From an uncultured Thermococci archaeon (GTDB lineage: Archaea > CAYQAE01 > CAYVLA01): DNA of 64,000 nucleotides. Of the stretch, positions 40,307-48,816 are shown one piece after another. A program made the translations under genes and the position numbers. A model generated the notes under the pieces. The model saw nothing but the letters and a program-made list of their open reading frames with translations, ran no database searches and was not told where the DNA came from. The stretch spans positions 32,001-96,000 of the forward strand of contig CAZJVP010000051.1 in NCBI GenBank assembly GCA_964549615.1, given 5' to 3'. The first letter of the stretch is position 1; each line of letters starts with the position of its first letter.

Positions 40307-40506
40307 GTGCGATCATCCATCTTGGACAAAAAGGCCACCCGGCTCCTCTCAAAAAGTTGCGTGGCGACGGACAGCTCTTGCGGCTATGCCATGGGTCTAT
40401 GGTTCGTCTATGGCTCGTCTTGCACGGGACCCGGCTGTAAGACTATTCAACACCCGGCAAAGAGAAGTTTCGGAGGCCCGGATTTTTTGGCTTCGCGTGA
40501 TTCGGC

Positions 40507-40995
40507 ATGATCGTGCTAGGAGGCTTGGATGGCGGAGGCACGAAGACCCTGTGTGCCCTCGTCGATGAGAGCGGCAGGGTCCTGGCCTTGCATGCCTCAG
40601 TGACCATAGTTAGGGAAGCCGCGAAGAACCTTGCCGAGATGGTGAGGGCGGTGGCGAGGAAGCTGGGTGTTGTCGAGAATTTCGAGCTGGCGTGCGTCGG
40701 CGGCATGTTCCGTGATGGCGAGTTGATGCTTTCCGCCTTGGATGAAGAACTGAGAATGTTTGGGCTCAGGTGCAACCTCGTCGGGCCGGAACTTCCGCCC
40801 GTCGGGGGTGCTCTGCTGATCGCATCCACGATGCTTGGGGTGCCCAGCTCGAGCGGTTTCACCGCTAGGCTCAAGAACTCGTGCTACGCGTATGTGATGC
40901 GGCAGGAGAGTGTGCCCAGCCCGAGCGGTTTCACCGCTAGGCTCAAGGGGGGTCTTTCGGCGGCGTGGACGGTGACCAACCGATGGTTCGAATGA
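40507..40995 (+). pseudogene. Internally deleted BadF/BadG/BcrA/BcrD-type N-acetylglucosamine kinase
   Basis: GLDGGGTKT N-terminus joins directly to C-terminal AAxxLA, VGGMF and PVGGAL motifs; only 162 aa. Confidence 0.75.
40840..40947. repeat. Two 36-bp direct repeats (1 mismatch) separated by a 36-bp unique spacer
   Basis: GTGCCCAGC(T/C)CGAGCGGTTTCACCGCTAGGCTCAAG at 40840..40875 and 40912..40947; internal AGCGGT/ACCGCT palindrome. Confidence 0.9.
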
Positions 40996-43154
40996 GGAGC
41001 GGGCATACTGAGATCGCGCTGTCACCGAGGGACGGGTTCGGTTTCTCTTCCATCCTTGACCGCAGATCGGAATTTGACTGGATCAGGGAACCGGCAGGGC
41101 CGGGGCTCTGGAGGCTTACCGGCCTGACCCCAGAGGGAGAACGCAGGGTGATCACCTCCGGGGACGCAGGGATCTTGATCCTGGAGCGGTCTAGGCGTAG
41201 CACATCGCTCGGTTTTGAGGGCCCGGAGGGAATTGGGATACGGGTTGGCTTGGAGGCCCAGCAACGCGACCTTCTGCTCCTGCGGCTCGAGATGCTAACG
41301 ATGGATGGCCTCGCCGAGGTGGAGCGCCTGGACTTTCCGTGCCTCGCTGGCTTGGCTCTGCCCCCGGGGGATCCGGCGCTTTCCTACTTTGCCTTCCCGT
41401 TCGAGCAGGGCGTGCTCGTCCGCGATCCCGGGACGACGATTTTTGCGAACGAGGAGGCCAATTTCCGCCTTTCCGGCACCTACCCCGGCAACTGGTCCGT
41501 GCAGTTCGTTGCGTACGGGCAGCACGGCGGCCCCGGCCTGTACCTTGCAAGCTACGACCCCCTAGGGTGCGTAAAGAGGTTCGTTGCGGAAAGAGCCGCG
41601 GACGGCCGCATCGTGTTTTGGGTCGAAAACCATCTCGTTGACCCCACGCTTCCCGGCGCACTTCCATACCCGCTCGCTATCGGAACCTACGAGGGCTCGT
41701 GGCTGGATGCGGCTCGGATCTACGCGAGTTGGGCTTCGAAACAGAGTTGGTGTTCGCGCCGTGAGCTAACATCGGGAGCCAATGGCCGGTGGGCTCAATC
41801 AACCCCCGCGTGGATCTGGAATAGAGGTAGGGCGGCAAAGGTGGTTCCCAGCGTCCTGAAGCTGTCCGACTACCTCGGTCGGCCCGTGGCCCTAGACTGG
41901 TACTGGTGGCATGGAAATCCTTACGACACGTTGCTGCCCGAGTACCTGCCCCCGAGGGACGGGGAAGAGGCCTTCAGAGAGGCGATCCGTCGCATCCACC
42001 GGATGGGATCGAGGTGCATAGCCTACATCAACGGTCGCTGTTGCGATCTGGCCTCCTCCCACTTCAGCAGCTCCGCAGCCGTCTTCAAGCGGTCTGGCGA
42101 GGTCGAGGCCGAGACCTACTGCAAGTACACTGGCGCTCGGCTGGCGGTGATGTGCCCCGCGACGGAGTACTGGAAGAGCGAGATCACAAGCATCGTCTCC
42201 AAGCTCGTTGACTACGGCCTAGACGGGGTCTACATCGATCAGGTCGCGTCCGCTCCTCCGAGGCTCTGTTTCTCGGCAGGACACAACCACCCGAGGGGCG
42301 GGTGTCTGGCTTGGGCAGAGGGAAACAGGGCTCTGCTGAGCTCTGCAAGAGCGGCGGCGAAGGCTAGGAATCCCGAGGCAATGCTTTGCTCGGAGGGATG
42401 CTGCGAGGTTTACATGGACCTCCTAGACGCCTTCCTAACCCTTTCCCCCTCATTTGAGAGGATGGGGATGTTCCGGTCCCTTGGGGATTCTTGGGAGCCC
42501 ATACCCATGTTCAACAGCGTGTACCACCAGTTCGTGGTAACCTTCGGATCCTATGCATCGCTGGGCAATCCCCCCTATGACGAGCTCTGGCCGCCGAGGA
42601 CTTCAGCTGACGAGGCGGATCTCTCGCGGTTCACCGATCAGTTTGACTTGGAGGTCGCCCGGTGTCTCGTGTTCGGCCAAAAGCCGATGATCGCCAACTT
42701 CGAGCCTGGCCAATTGAAGCGGGCGAAGATGAAAAGGAGCCTCGATTTCTTCAGGGAGGTCTGCATGCTTCATGAACGCTTGGAGGACCACTTGGTTAGG
42801 GGTAGGTATCTCGGATCCCCGGAGGTCAGCGCCCCTCCGTTCAAAGTCCGTTGCTTCAGCAAGGGCATTTACACGCTTCCTGGACAATCGCGGACGACGG
42901 TCAGGACGGTCCCATCGATTCTGGCAAGCGCCTGGGAGGCTCCTGACGGATCGGTCGCTGTCGTTCTGGCAAACATATCGCCCCGCTTGCATCGAGTTCA
43001 ACTGGACCTCTCCAAGTTCGGGGTCACCAGCGACGCGAGATTGCTGCGCATCGAGCCGAGGGGTGGCGCACATCCTGGGCGGCAGTTGTCCGGGAGGAGG
43101 ATCACGGTCCGCGGCAAGCACGTCGTGGGGCTCAAGGCGGCCGAAGGGCGATGA
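40992..43154 (+). CDS. DUF6259-like putative glycoside hydrolase
   Basis: WYWWH..PYDT..PEYLP, YING, MCP, DGVYIDQ, C...HNH, SEG, IPMFNSVYH; ATGA coupling to the upstream ORF. Confidence 0.7.
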   Translation: MRSGHTEIALSPRDGFGFSSILDRRSEFDWIREPAGPGLWRLTGLTPEGERRVITSGDAGILILERSRRSTSLGFEGPEGIGIRVGLEAQQRDLLLLRLEMLTMDGLAEVERLDFPCLAGLALPPGDPALSYFAFPFEQGVLVRDPGTTIFANEEANFRLSGTYPGNWSVQFVAYGQHGGPGLYLASYDPLGCVKRFVAERAADGRIVFWVENHLVDPTLPGALPYPLAIGTYEGSWLDAARIYASWASKQSWCSRRELTSGANGRWAQSTPAWIWNRGRAAKVVPSVLKLSDYLGRPVALDWYWWHGNPYDTLLPEYLPPRDGEEAFREAIRRIHRMGSRCIAYINGRCCDLASSHFSSSAAVFKRSGEVEAETYCKYTGARLAVMCPATEYWKSEITSIVSKLVDYGLDGVYIDQVASAPPRLCFSAGHNHPRGGCLAWAEGNRALLSSARAAAKARNPEAMLCSEGCCEVYMDLLDAFLTLSPSFERMGMFRSLGDSWEPIPMFNSVYHQFVVTFGSYASLGNPPYDELWPPRTSADEADLSRFTDQFDLEVARCLVFGQKPMIANFEPGQLKRAKMKRSLDFFREVCMLHERLEDHLVRGRYLGSPEVSAPPFKVRCFSKGIYTLPGQSRTTVRTVPSILASAWEAPDGSVAVVLANISPRLHRVQLDLSKFGVTSDARLLRIEPRGGAHPGRQLSGRRITVRGKHVVGLKAAEGR

Positions 43155-43184
43155 GTTGGGCCGCGATGCTCGACGTCTTTGCGG

Positions 43185-44432
43185 TCATTCTTGACCTCGA
43201 GACTTGGTCGATCTGACTTCCTTGTAAAGGATTCGGCGGACGAGCAGGCTGTAGACCACAAGCCCCGACGCGAAAAGCGTCCCCGTCACGGCCGACCACT
43301 CGGTGACGTAAACCCACAACAGCGCCCGGTCCTTCAGCCTCATTGCATTGTTGGCAATCGAGGATATCCTGTCGAGCGCCTCCAGCATCGATTTGGAAGC
43401 TAGTGCGAAATCCTGCGTCCTGTATGCCTCAAAGGAATCCTCCTTCAACCGGCCCACGCGGGCTATCTCGGCCTCTAGCGTCCTTGTGTTTGCTCCGAAC
43501 CTGTCGACGAAATCGAGAAGCGAGAAGAGGAGCAACCGGTCCTCGTTATACCGCCAGTAGCGCATCCTGAGATCGTGGACGAGGAGCACGTCCTCAGGCA
43601 GCGAACGGCCCGTTGAGTGAAGAAGGATGTTCAGGAAGATGTCTATGGCGTACACGTTCTGGCTCAAACCGTGGACGGAGGACCACCACGTTGAGTCCAG
43701 GTCATCCGCGACAACCCAGAACAGGCCGCCGTTTGCACCAACCTTCCAGGATACGAGCCAATCGCCCGAGGCGCTCGATGGCAGGGTGGCGGATGAGAGC
43801 TTGCCCCAGAGGGTCGCTCCGGCCCTGGTCGTGAGGTAGGTGAAGGCGGAGGCTCCCCGGACGTTCTCAATTCCCAAAGGAACGAACATGGACAGGAGCG
43901 GTGGATCCTTCTTTACCACCTTGATGCTGAACGTCGACCCATCCTGCTTCATCTTGTCGTTCAGCTCGACGGGCAGGATCTCCTCCAGCACGGAGTTCTT
44001 CCAGCCGGGATAAGCCTTGCCCGTGGGGCTCGACAAGTCGCCTCCCATCGTCACGAAGGCTCCCAGGCCGCTTTCCATGGCGTATCTCATGTCGGCTATC
44101 TGGGCCGGCGTGAAAGGTTCGATGTAGCCGTCGGGAAACACGAAGAAGTCGAAGTCCTGGACGAGGGACTCGCGAGTCTTTGGGAAGTAGATCCTGATAT
44201 AGCGGCGCCAAGCCTGTTCCATCACGCGCTGGCCTGCCACGGCCTGGCCGGCCATGATGTCGATGTCCGTGGGGATGAGCACGTAATCCACCAGCGGGTC
44301 GGCGTCGAACCAGTAGGGTATGGGGGATTCGCCCGGCATGACCTGCCCTATGGCCAGGACGTTGATCCCCTCCGTGCAGATGACCGCCGTTGGGCACATG
44401 AGGACGGAGAGGAGAATCCAGATGTATTTCAT
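43185..44432 (-). CDS. Membrane-anchored GATase-like surface protein, paralog family member 3
   Basis: MKYIWILL signal peptide; collinear and highly similar to 28248..29495. Confidence 0.8.
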   Translation of the reverse strand: MKYIWILLSVLMCPTAVICTEGINVLAIGQVMPGESPIPYWFDADPLVDYVLIPTDIDIMAGQAVAGQRVMEQAWRRYIRIYFPKTRESLVQDFDFFVFPDGYIEPFTPAQIADMRYAMESGLGAFVTMGGDLSSPTGKAYPGWKNSVLEEILPVELNDKMKQDGSTFSIKVVKKDPPLLSMFVPLGIENVRGASAFTYLTTRAGATLWGKLSSATLPSSASGDWLVSWKVGANGGLFWVVADDLDSTWWSSVHGLSQNVYAIDIFLNILLHSTGRSLPEDVLLVHDLRMRYWRYNEDRLLLFSLLDFVDRFGANTRTLEAEIARVGRLKEDSFEAYRTQDFALASKSMLEALDRISSIANNAMRLKDRALLWVYVTEWSAVTGTLFASGLVVYSLLVRRILYKEVRSTKSRGQE

Positions 44433-44738
44433 GCGGCTAGCACCCAGGAAAGGCACAGCGGTCGTCTCGACGAGCTGTGGCGTGAAATCTCTCTTAATGG
44501 TTTCGAGGGTTGGTCGATCATTGGGGGGATCCGTTGACGTGTCGTCCGCCGCCCCCGTGGCACGATGCTCAAGCTGCGGTGCGGATGCGCGTGGGGTTTT
44601 CCACAACCCGAACAGGGACGGAACTCCAGAAAGTTCTCCGGAAGAGTCCCCGAACACGTTTTAAGACGGGAAACCCAACTACGTGCTTGGCCAGGGACAT
44701 TCCTGACGTTGGGTGTGAGGCAGACAAGGTGGTTCTGG

Positions 44739-45953
44739 GTGAGACGCGTGGGCGTGTGCCTTATGTTGCTTGCCGTGGCGTCCGCGGCCCTCATGGGCAC
44801 ATACCTCAAAGGTCGCGGGGATATGCCTGAAAATAAGACTGACTTTTCTGGAGGCGATGAGCTGCCCTACCCACAGGGAACACAATTCCCAATGATGCTT
44901 TACTCCGTGGTCGCGGAGGATCTGGTTTCTGTGAAGAACGAGGGGTTCAACCTCGTCCACACCTACAGCTTCGACAGGAGCTGGTTGGAGGACGTTCGCA
45001 GGGTAGGGCTCCATGCCGTGGTGCCGATCGGCGCCTATGATCAGGCAAGCCTTTGGAACGAACCGCAAACCGAGAACTTCGTGTCATCCTATGCGGATGA
45101 CTTCAGCGTCGCTTGGTGGGGTCTTCCGGAGGAGATGACGTGGACGGTGGATTGGAAGCTCAACCAGTTGGTGGATCTATCTTCCTGGGTACGTAGGTAT
45201 GATGCTAACAAGAGACCGACGTACGAGTACCTTGCGGGCAACTACATAGCTTACGACATACGGAACTACGTTCCCTACGTGGACATAATCGGCATTGGTG
45301 CGTACGTCGACTATAATGAACAGCCGCGGCAGTGGATAAGGTGGGCGGTGAAACAGGTCATAGACGGAATCACGCAGGCCGGGTTCAGCGTTGGCCGGGA
45401 CTACCTGGGCAGGGAGAGAGTGCCGGTGGCGGTTTTGCAGATGTTCATAGAGGGAGGGACGCATGTCCAGACGGGGCCGGAGTCCTACCATGATGTCTGG
45501 AGCGCGGTCTGCGCCGGCGCAAAGGGGATTCTAGTCTTCTCCCACAGTTATAGGGGACGTTTCGGCCCGGATGTCTATGAGGCCTTTGTCAAGGCAGCTC
45601 GCCAACTCACCGGGGAGCACGACCTTGGCAGGGTGGCGTTATTTGGACAGGATCTGCCAGGCATCGTGACCAATGTCATTTCGGGCCCCGCAACGACGCC
45701 ACCCTTCGACTCGTGGGGCGGCAAGGCCATCTCGTTTCCGACTATGAACGTGATGGCTCGAGAATATGAAGGGAAGAAGTACATCTTCGCGGTCAACGAT
45801 GTGGACGAGCCCATAACTGCCAAGTTTGCTAACCTGCCCCTTGAGGTGACCCGCGCCGTTGTGATCGACGAGGGCCGAACCATACCAGTTAGCGGGGCAA
45901 GCTTCGTCGACAGCTTTGGCAACTGGGGCGTTCACCTCTATTTACTCGAGTAG
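44739..45953 (+). CDS. Secreted/membrane-anchored putative TIM-barrel glycoside hydrolase
   Basis: Signal/TM segment; GFNLVHTY, WWGLPEE, VAVLQ, GAKGILVF; C-terminal beta-sandwich. Start uncertain. Confidence 0.6.
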   Translation: MRRVGVCLMLLAVASAALMGTYLKGRGDMPENKTDFSGGDELPYPQGTQFPMMLYSVVAEDLVSVKNEGFNLVHTYSFDRSWLEDVRRVGLHAVVPIGAYDQASLWNEPQTENFVSSYADDFSVAWWGLPEEMTWTVDWKLNQLVDLSSWVRRYDANKRPTYEYLAGNYIAYDIRNYVPYVDIIGIGAYVDYNEQPRQWIRWAVKQVIDGITQAGFSVGRDYLGRERVPVAVLQMFIEGGTHVQTGPESYHDVWSAVCAGAKGILVFSHSYRGRFGPDVYEAFVKAARQLTGEHDLGRVALFGQDLPGIVTNVISGPATTPPFDSWGGKAISFPTMNVMAREYEGKKYIFAVNDVDEPITAKFANLPLEVTRAVVIDEGRTIPVSGASFVDSFGNWGVHLYLLE

Positions 45954-46180
45954 GAGGAGGGTTTGGTGGAATGCGGGGCCATGCCAGTTCCTCGACTCTT
46001 TGGAGCATGCCTCAGCGCCACCACCAGCATCGGCGATACGGCGGGATGCAAGATGCGCATTCTCGATAAGCGCCGAATCCATTTTGCCCAAACATGCTGC
46101 TCCAGGTTCAGCCCCGGAGGAGGCCCCGGCGGGATCCGAACAAGGTTTGCCCCCTATGTTTCCCGCGACGAAAGATGGTT

Positions 46181-48463
46181 TCAAGACGATTGTGACCCGT
46201 TTGGCTCCCCACCATTCCGCCTCCGGCATATTCTGAGCGCACAGGATGACAATGGTGGCAATTTATGCTGGAACCGCACAGCCCCACCAAGGTGAGCGGC
46301 ACATGCAGAAGCAATCTCCTCCTGCGTCAATGCGTCGATTAGTGAGAATTGCCCGGCCGCTTTGATCCCGAAATATCCGGGCCACACCTCCACAACGACA
46401 GTCGTTGTACGCGTCTCGTTGTTGACCAAGTAGACCATCAGGTCTCTGCCTTTCCTGAAGCAGGAAATCAGATCGCTTGCATCAGTCGGGATGACCCTCA
46501 CTGGGCCTTTGGGAAGACTCTCCGCGAACGCCCGCAACAAGCCTGTAACGGTTGGATGGCTCAGCTTTATCTCCCCTGTTAGCCCGGTTCGGAGGACCAG
46601 CCCTTTACCAACTTGATTGATCACTATGGCCCCCGTCTTGCTCGCCGACCATATTCCCACCACGTCCGCAACCGTCGCCTTGAGGGAGCGGGAAGGTTCA
46701 GGCCTAGGATAAAGACCCGGCTTTGGAATGCAGGGCCGCTCCTGGAATATCTGCAGATCCCCCTCAGCTGGCTCCTGCGTCTCATGACTGCCCACCACCT
46801 GCATGTTGAACGGCTTGAGGCTGCTCGCATCTCCGTTCTCATCCTCCATCATGGAATCTGAACCGCACAGGAGCATCCCGCCATCCCGGATCCAGTCGGT
46901 CATGCCCCCTGCGGCACCCTTCCTTATGTTTCTCAGACAGCTGAAGCCGACGACGGCTCGATACCTGTGGGGGTGTTGGGCCATCAACGGCATAAAGTCG
47001 GCATAGGTCGGGTTGGCAGACAGGCCCATCCTGGAGAAGAACACGTACAGTTCGAAGAGTTCCCTCAGGCTCTCTTCACCACGGATCACGCTCGGATAGT
47101 TGTACGGGAGCATGATCTGGCCGTAGACTTCTTTTCCATCCTCAGACGCGAGGAAGAGCTGCCTTGCTTCGCGATTGATGCGGGCGGCCGCCTCGATCGC
47201 CTCCTCCTCGCTTAACGGCCTCTTCGGGCAAGCATCATCAGCGATGCCAGGAGGAAACCCCCAACAGACCAGTCCACTGGTTCCCCTCCCTATCGCCACG
47301 TAGAACTGTTGGAGGATCTCCTTAGCGGTCGGAGCTCTGATCGTGCTCATGTCGTAGCCGCTATAGCTTGAGGAAAGCTGGAACTGGCACATGATGGGCT
47401 TGCCCGTGATCAGGGATATGGACCGATAGGTCTCGAAGTCGAAGGCGTAGCCCCCTATGTTCCATGTGTCGCCCGATTCCATCGGGTAGGGGTCCATGAA
47501 GAGTACGTCGCACAGCTCGCTCACCTTCGCCCAGTCGGGGTACTCGGTCGCCCAGGAGGACCTGGGGTACTTCATGACGACGGACATCAGGGCATCCGGG
47601 ATGTACTCCCGAATGGTCGATCTCACGACCTCCATCCAGCCCATGAGGCCCTCGGTGAAGAACTGACTGAGTTCGTGCCAGAGCCGTTCGTTGCTCCGGT
47701 CCACGGGCAACGGGACTTCGGAGAAGGATCCATACGCGGTGTTGTGAGCGGCGTTGAATCGGCGTATGTCCTTGTAGATGCGCGGGAGATAATCGTCACA
47801 CCATGACCTGCGGCAGGTCTCGCAGTAGCAGAAGCCCCTGTCAACCGTATCGTTGTGGATCACGAAGATGGGTTGTCCGTCGTCGTCTAGGTAGGCATCT
47901 CTTCCCTTTATGCGAAACCTTGCCAGACAATCCTGAAACTCGTGACTGCGGGCATATCTATCGAGCAGTTGTTTGAGGCGGCCCCGCGTGTACCACCGGA
48001 CCTTCTCGCTTCTGAAGCACTCGTGGTAGTAGACCGTGTAGTGTAGGGTTCCGTCGGATTTCCTTTTCGCTGCATCGAGGTTCTTCCACAGCCATTGGGC
48101 GGGCAAGTTGTAACATACGGCCATGACCACCTTCAGCCCCTTCTCCCTTGCCAGGCCGAGCAGGCCCGCAAACGCTGCTTCGATCTCCTCCTGCAGCCTC
48201 GGATCAAAGGATAGCGGTTCCATCGTCTCGGGGGCATGTTTCGGGTACCAGAGCTGGGCGTGGGTCGTGCCCATAGTCGGATGTCGTGAGATGTCGAAGA
48301 GGTAGACCGCATTGAACCCCATCCTCCTTATCTTCTCCATGTCCTCCGCGATCTGGGCAGACAACTTGTTCGGCTCAAATCCTCCCGTCATGGCCTGGGG
48401 GAGGTACATCACCCCCAGCAGTCTCCTGAAGGAAGAATCCGGATGCTGCATACGATGAGGCAC
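46181..48463 (-). CDS. GH42/beta-galactosidase-like glycoside hydrolase
   Basis: GVMYLP, EDMEKIRRMGFNAV, CYCETC, Y.DI..FN.AHNT.Y.SFSEV.LP, MDPYP. The expected catalytic NE and E positions appear as ND and Q. Confidence 0.65.
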   Translation of the reverse strand: MPHRMQHPDSSFRRLLGVMYLPQAMTGGFEPNKLSAQIAEDMEKIRRMGFNAVYLFDISRHPTMGTTHAQLWYPKHAPETMEPLSFDPRLQEEIEAAFAGLLGLAREKGLKVVMAVCYNLPAQWLWKNLDAAKRKSDGTLHYTVYYHECFRSEKVRWYTRGRLKQLLDRYARSHEFQDCLARFRIKGRDAYLDDDGQPIFVIHNDTVDRGFCYCETCRRSWCDDYLPRIYKDIRRFNAAHNTAYGSFSEVPLPVDRSNERLWHELSQFFTEGLMGWMEVVRSTIREYIPDALMSVVMKYPRSSWATEYPDWAKVSELCDVLFMDPYPMESGDTWNIGGYAFDFETYRSISLITGKPIMCQFQLSSSYSGYDMSTIRAPTAKEILQQFYVAIGRGTSGLVCWGFPPGIADDACPKRPLSEEEAIEAAARINREARQLFLASEDGKEVYGQIMLPYNYPSVIRGEESLRELFELYVFFSRMGLSANPTYADFMPLMAQHPHRYRAVVGFSCLRNIRKGAAGGMTDWIRDGGMLLCGSDSMMEDENGDASSLKPFNMQVVGSHETQEPAEGDLQIFQERPCIPKPGLYPRPEPSRSLKATVADVVGIWSASKTGAIVINQVGKGLVLRTGLTGEIKLSHPTVTGLLRAFAESLPKGPVRVIPTDASDLISCFRKGRDLMVYLVNNETRTTTVVVEVWPGYFGIKAAGQFSLIDALTQEEIASACAAHLGGAVRFQHKLPPLSSCALRICRRRNGGEPNGSQSS

Positions 48464-48816
48464 GGAGACAGCCAGCGTCGCTTTTAAGGTTTAGGGTCCG
48501 CGGGCGGTCTCGACTGGGAGGCGCAAGCTGAGGTGACTACTGTGGAGAGAGCATTTTCCCGTACCGAGGTCGGCCTTCCGGGGGCACTCCAAAGAGAAGG
48601 CTGCCCGGTAGCGTTCGCGAAGCACTCGGTAGCGTCAGCTGCTCTCCATGTCCTAGGCACCCCCGCACAGGCTTCGGTGCATGGTTCCTCATGGTCAGAC
48701 CGGCCGTGAGATCGGCGCAACCCAGCTTGGGCAATGCGATCCGGGGACGATACGTTTATGGGCGACACCTCCGCGAACATCACGGTCACAAAGCCAGCTC
48801 ACAGGGGCCACCTCTC

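Noticed and set aside
40392-40420. Short GTCTATGG(T/C)TC tandem in the murQ promoter region
   Set aside because: Only about 2.5 units of 11 bp; could be chance.
40840-40947. Annotating a bona fide CRISPR array
   Set aside because: Only two repeats, in frame in an ORF, with no leader or cas genes; kept as a repeat and a finding only.
46122-46141. Minus-strand GTTCGGATCCCGCCGGGGCC resembling a tRNA 3' end, split half or att site
   Set aside because: No matching 5' T-stem, no BHB or leader, and no partner half in the window.
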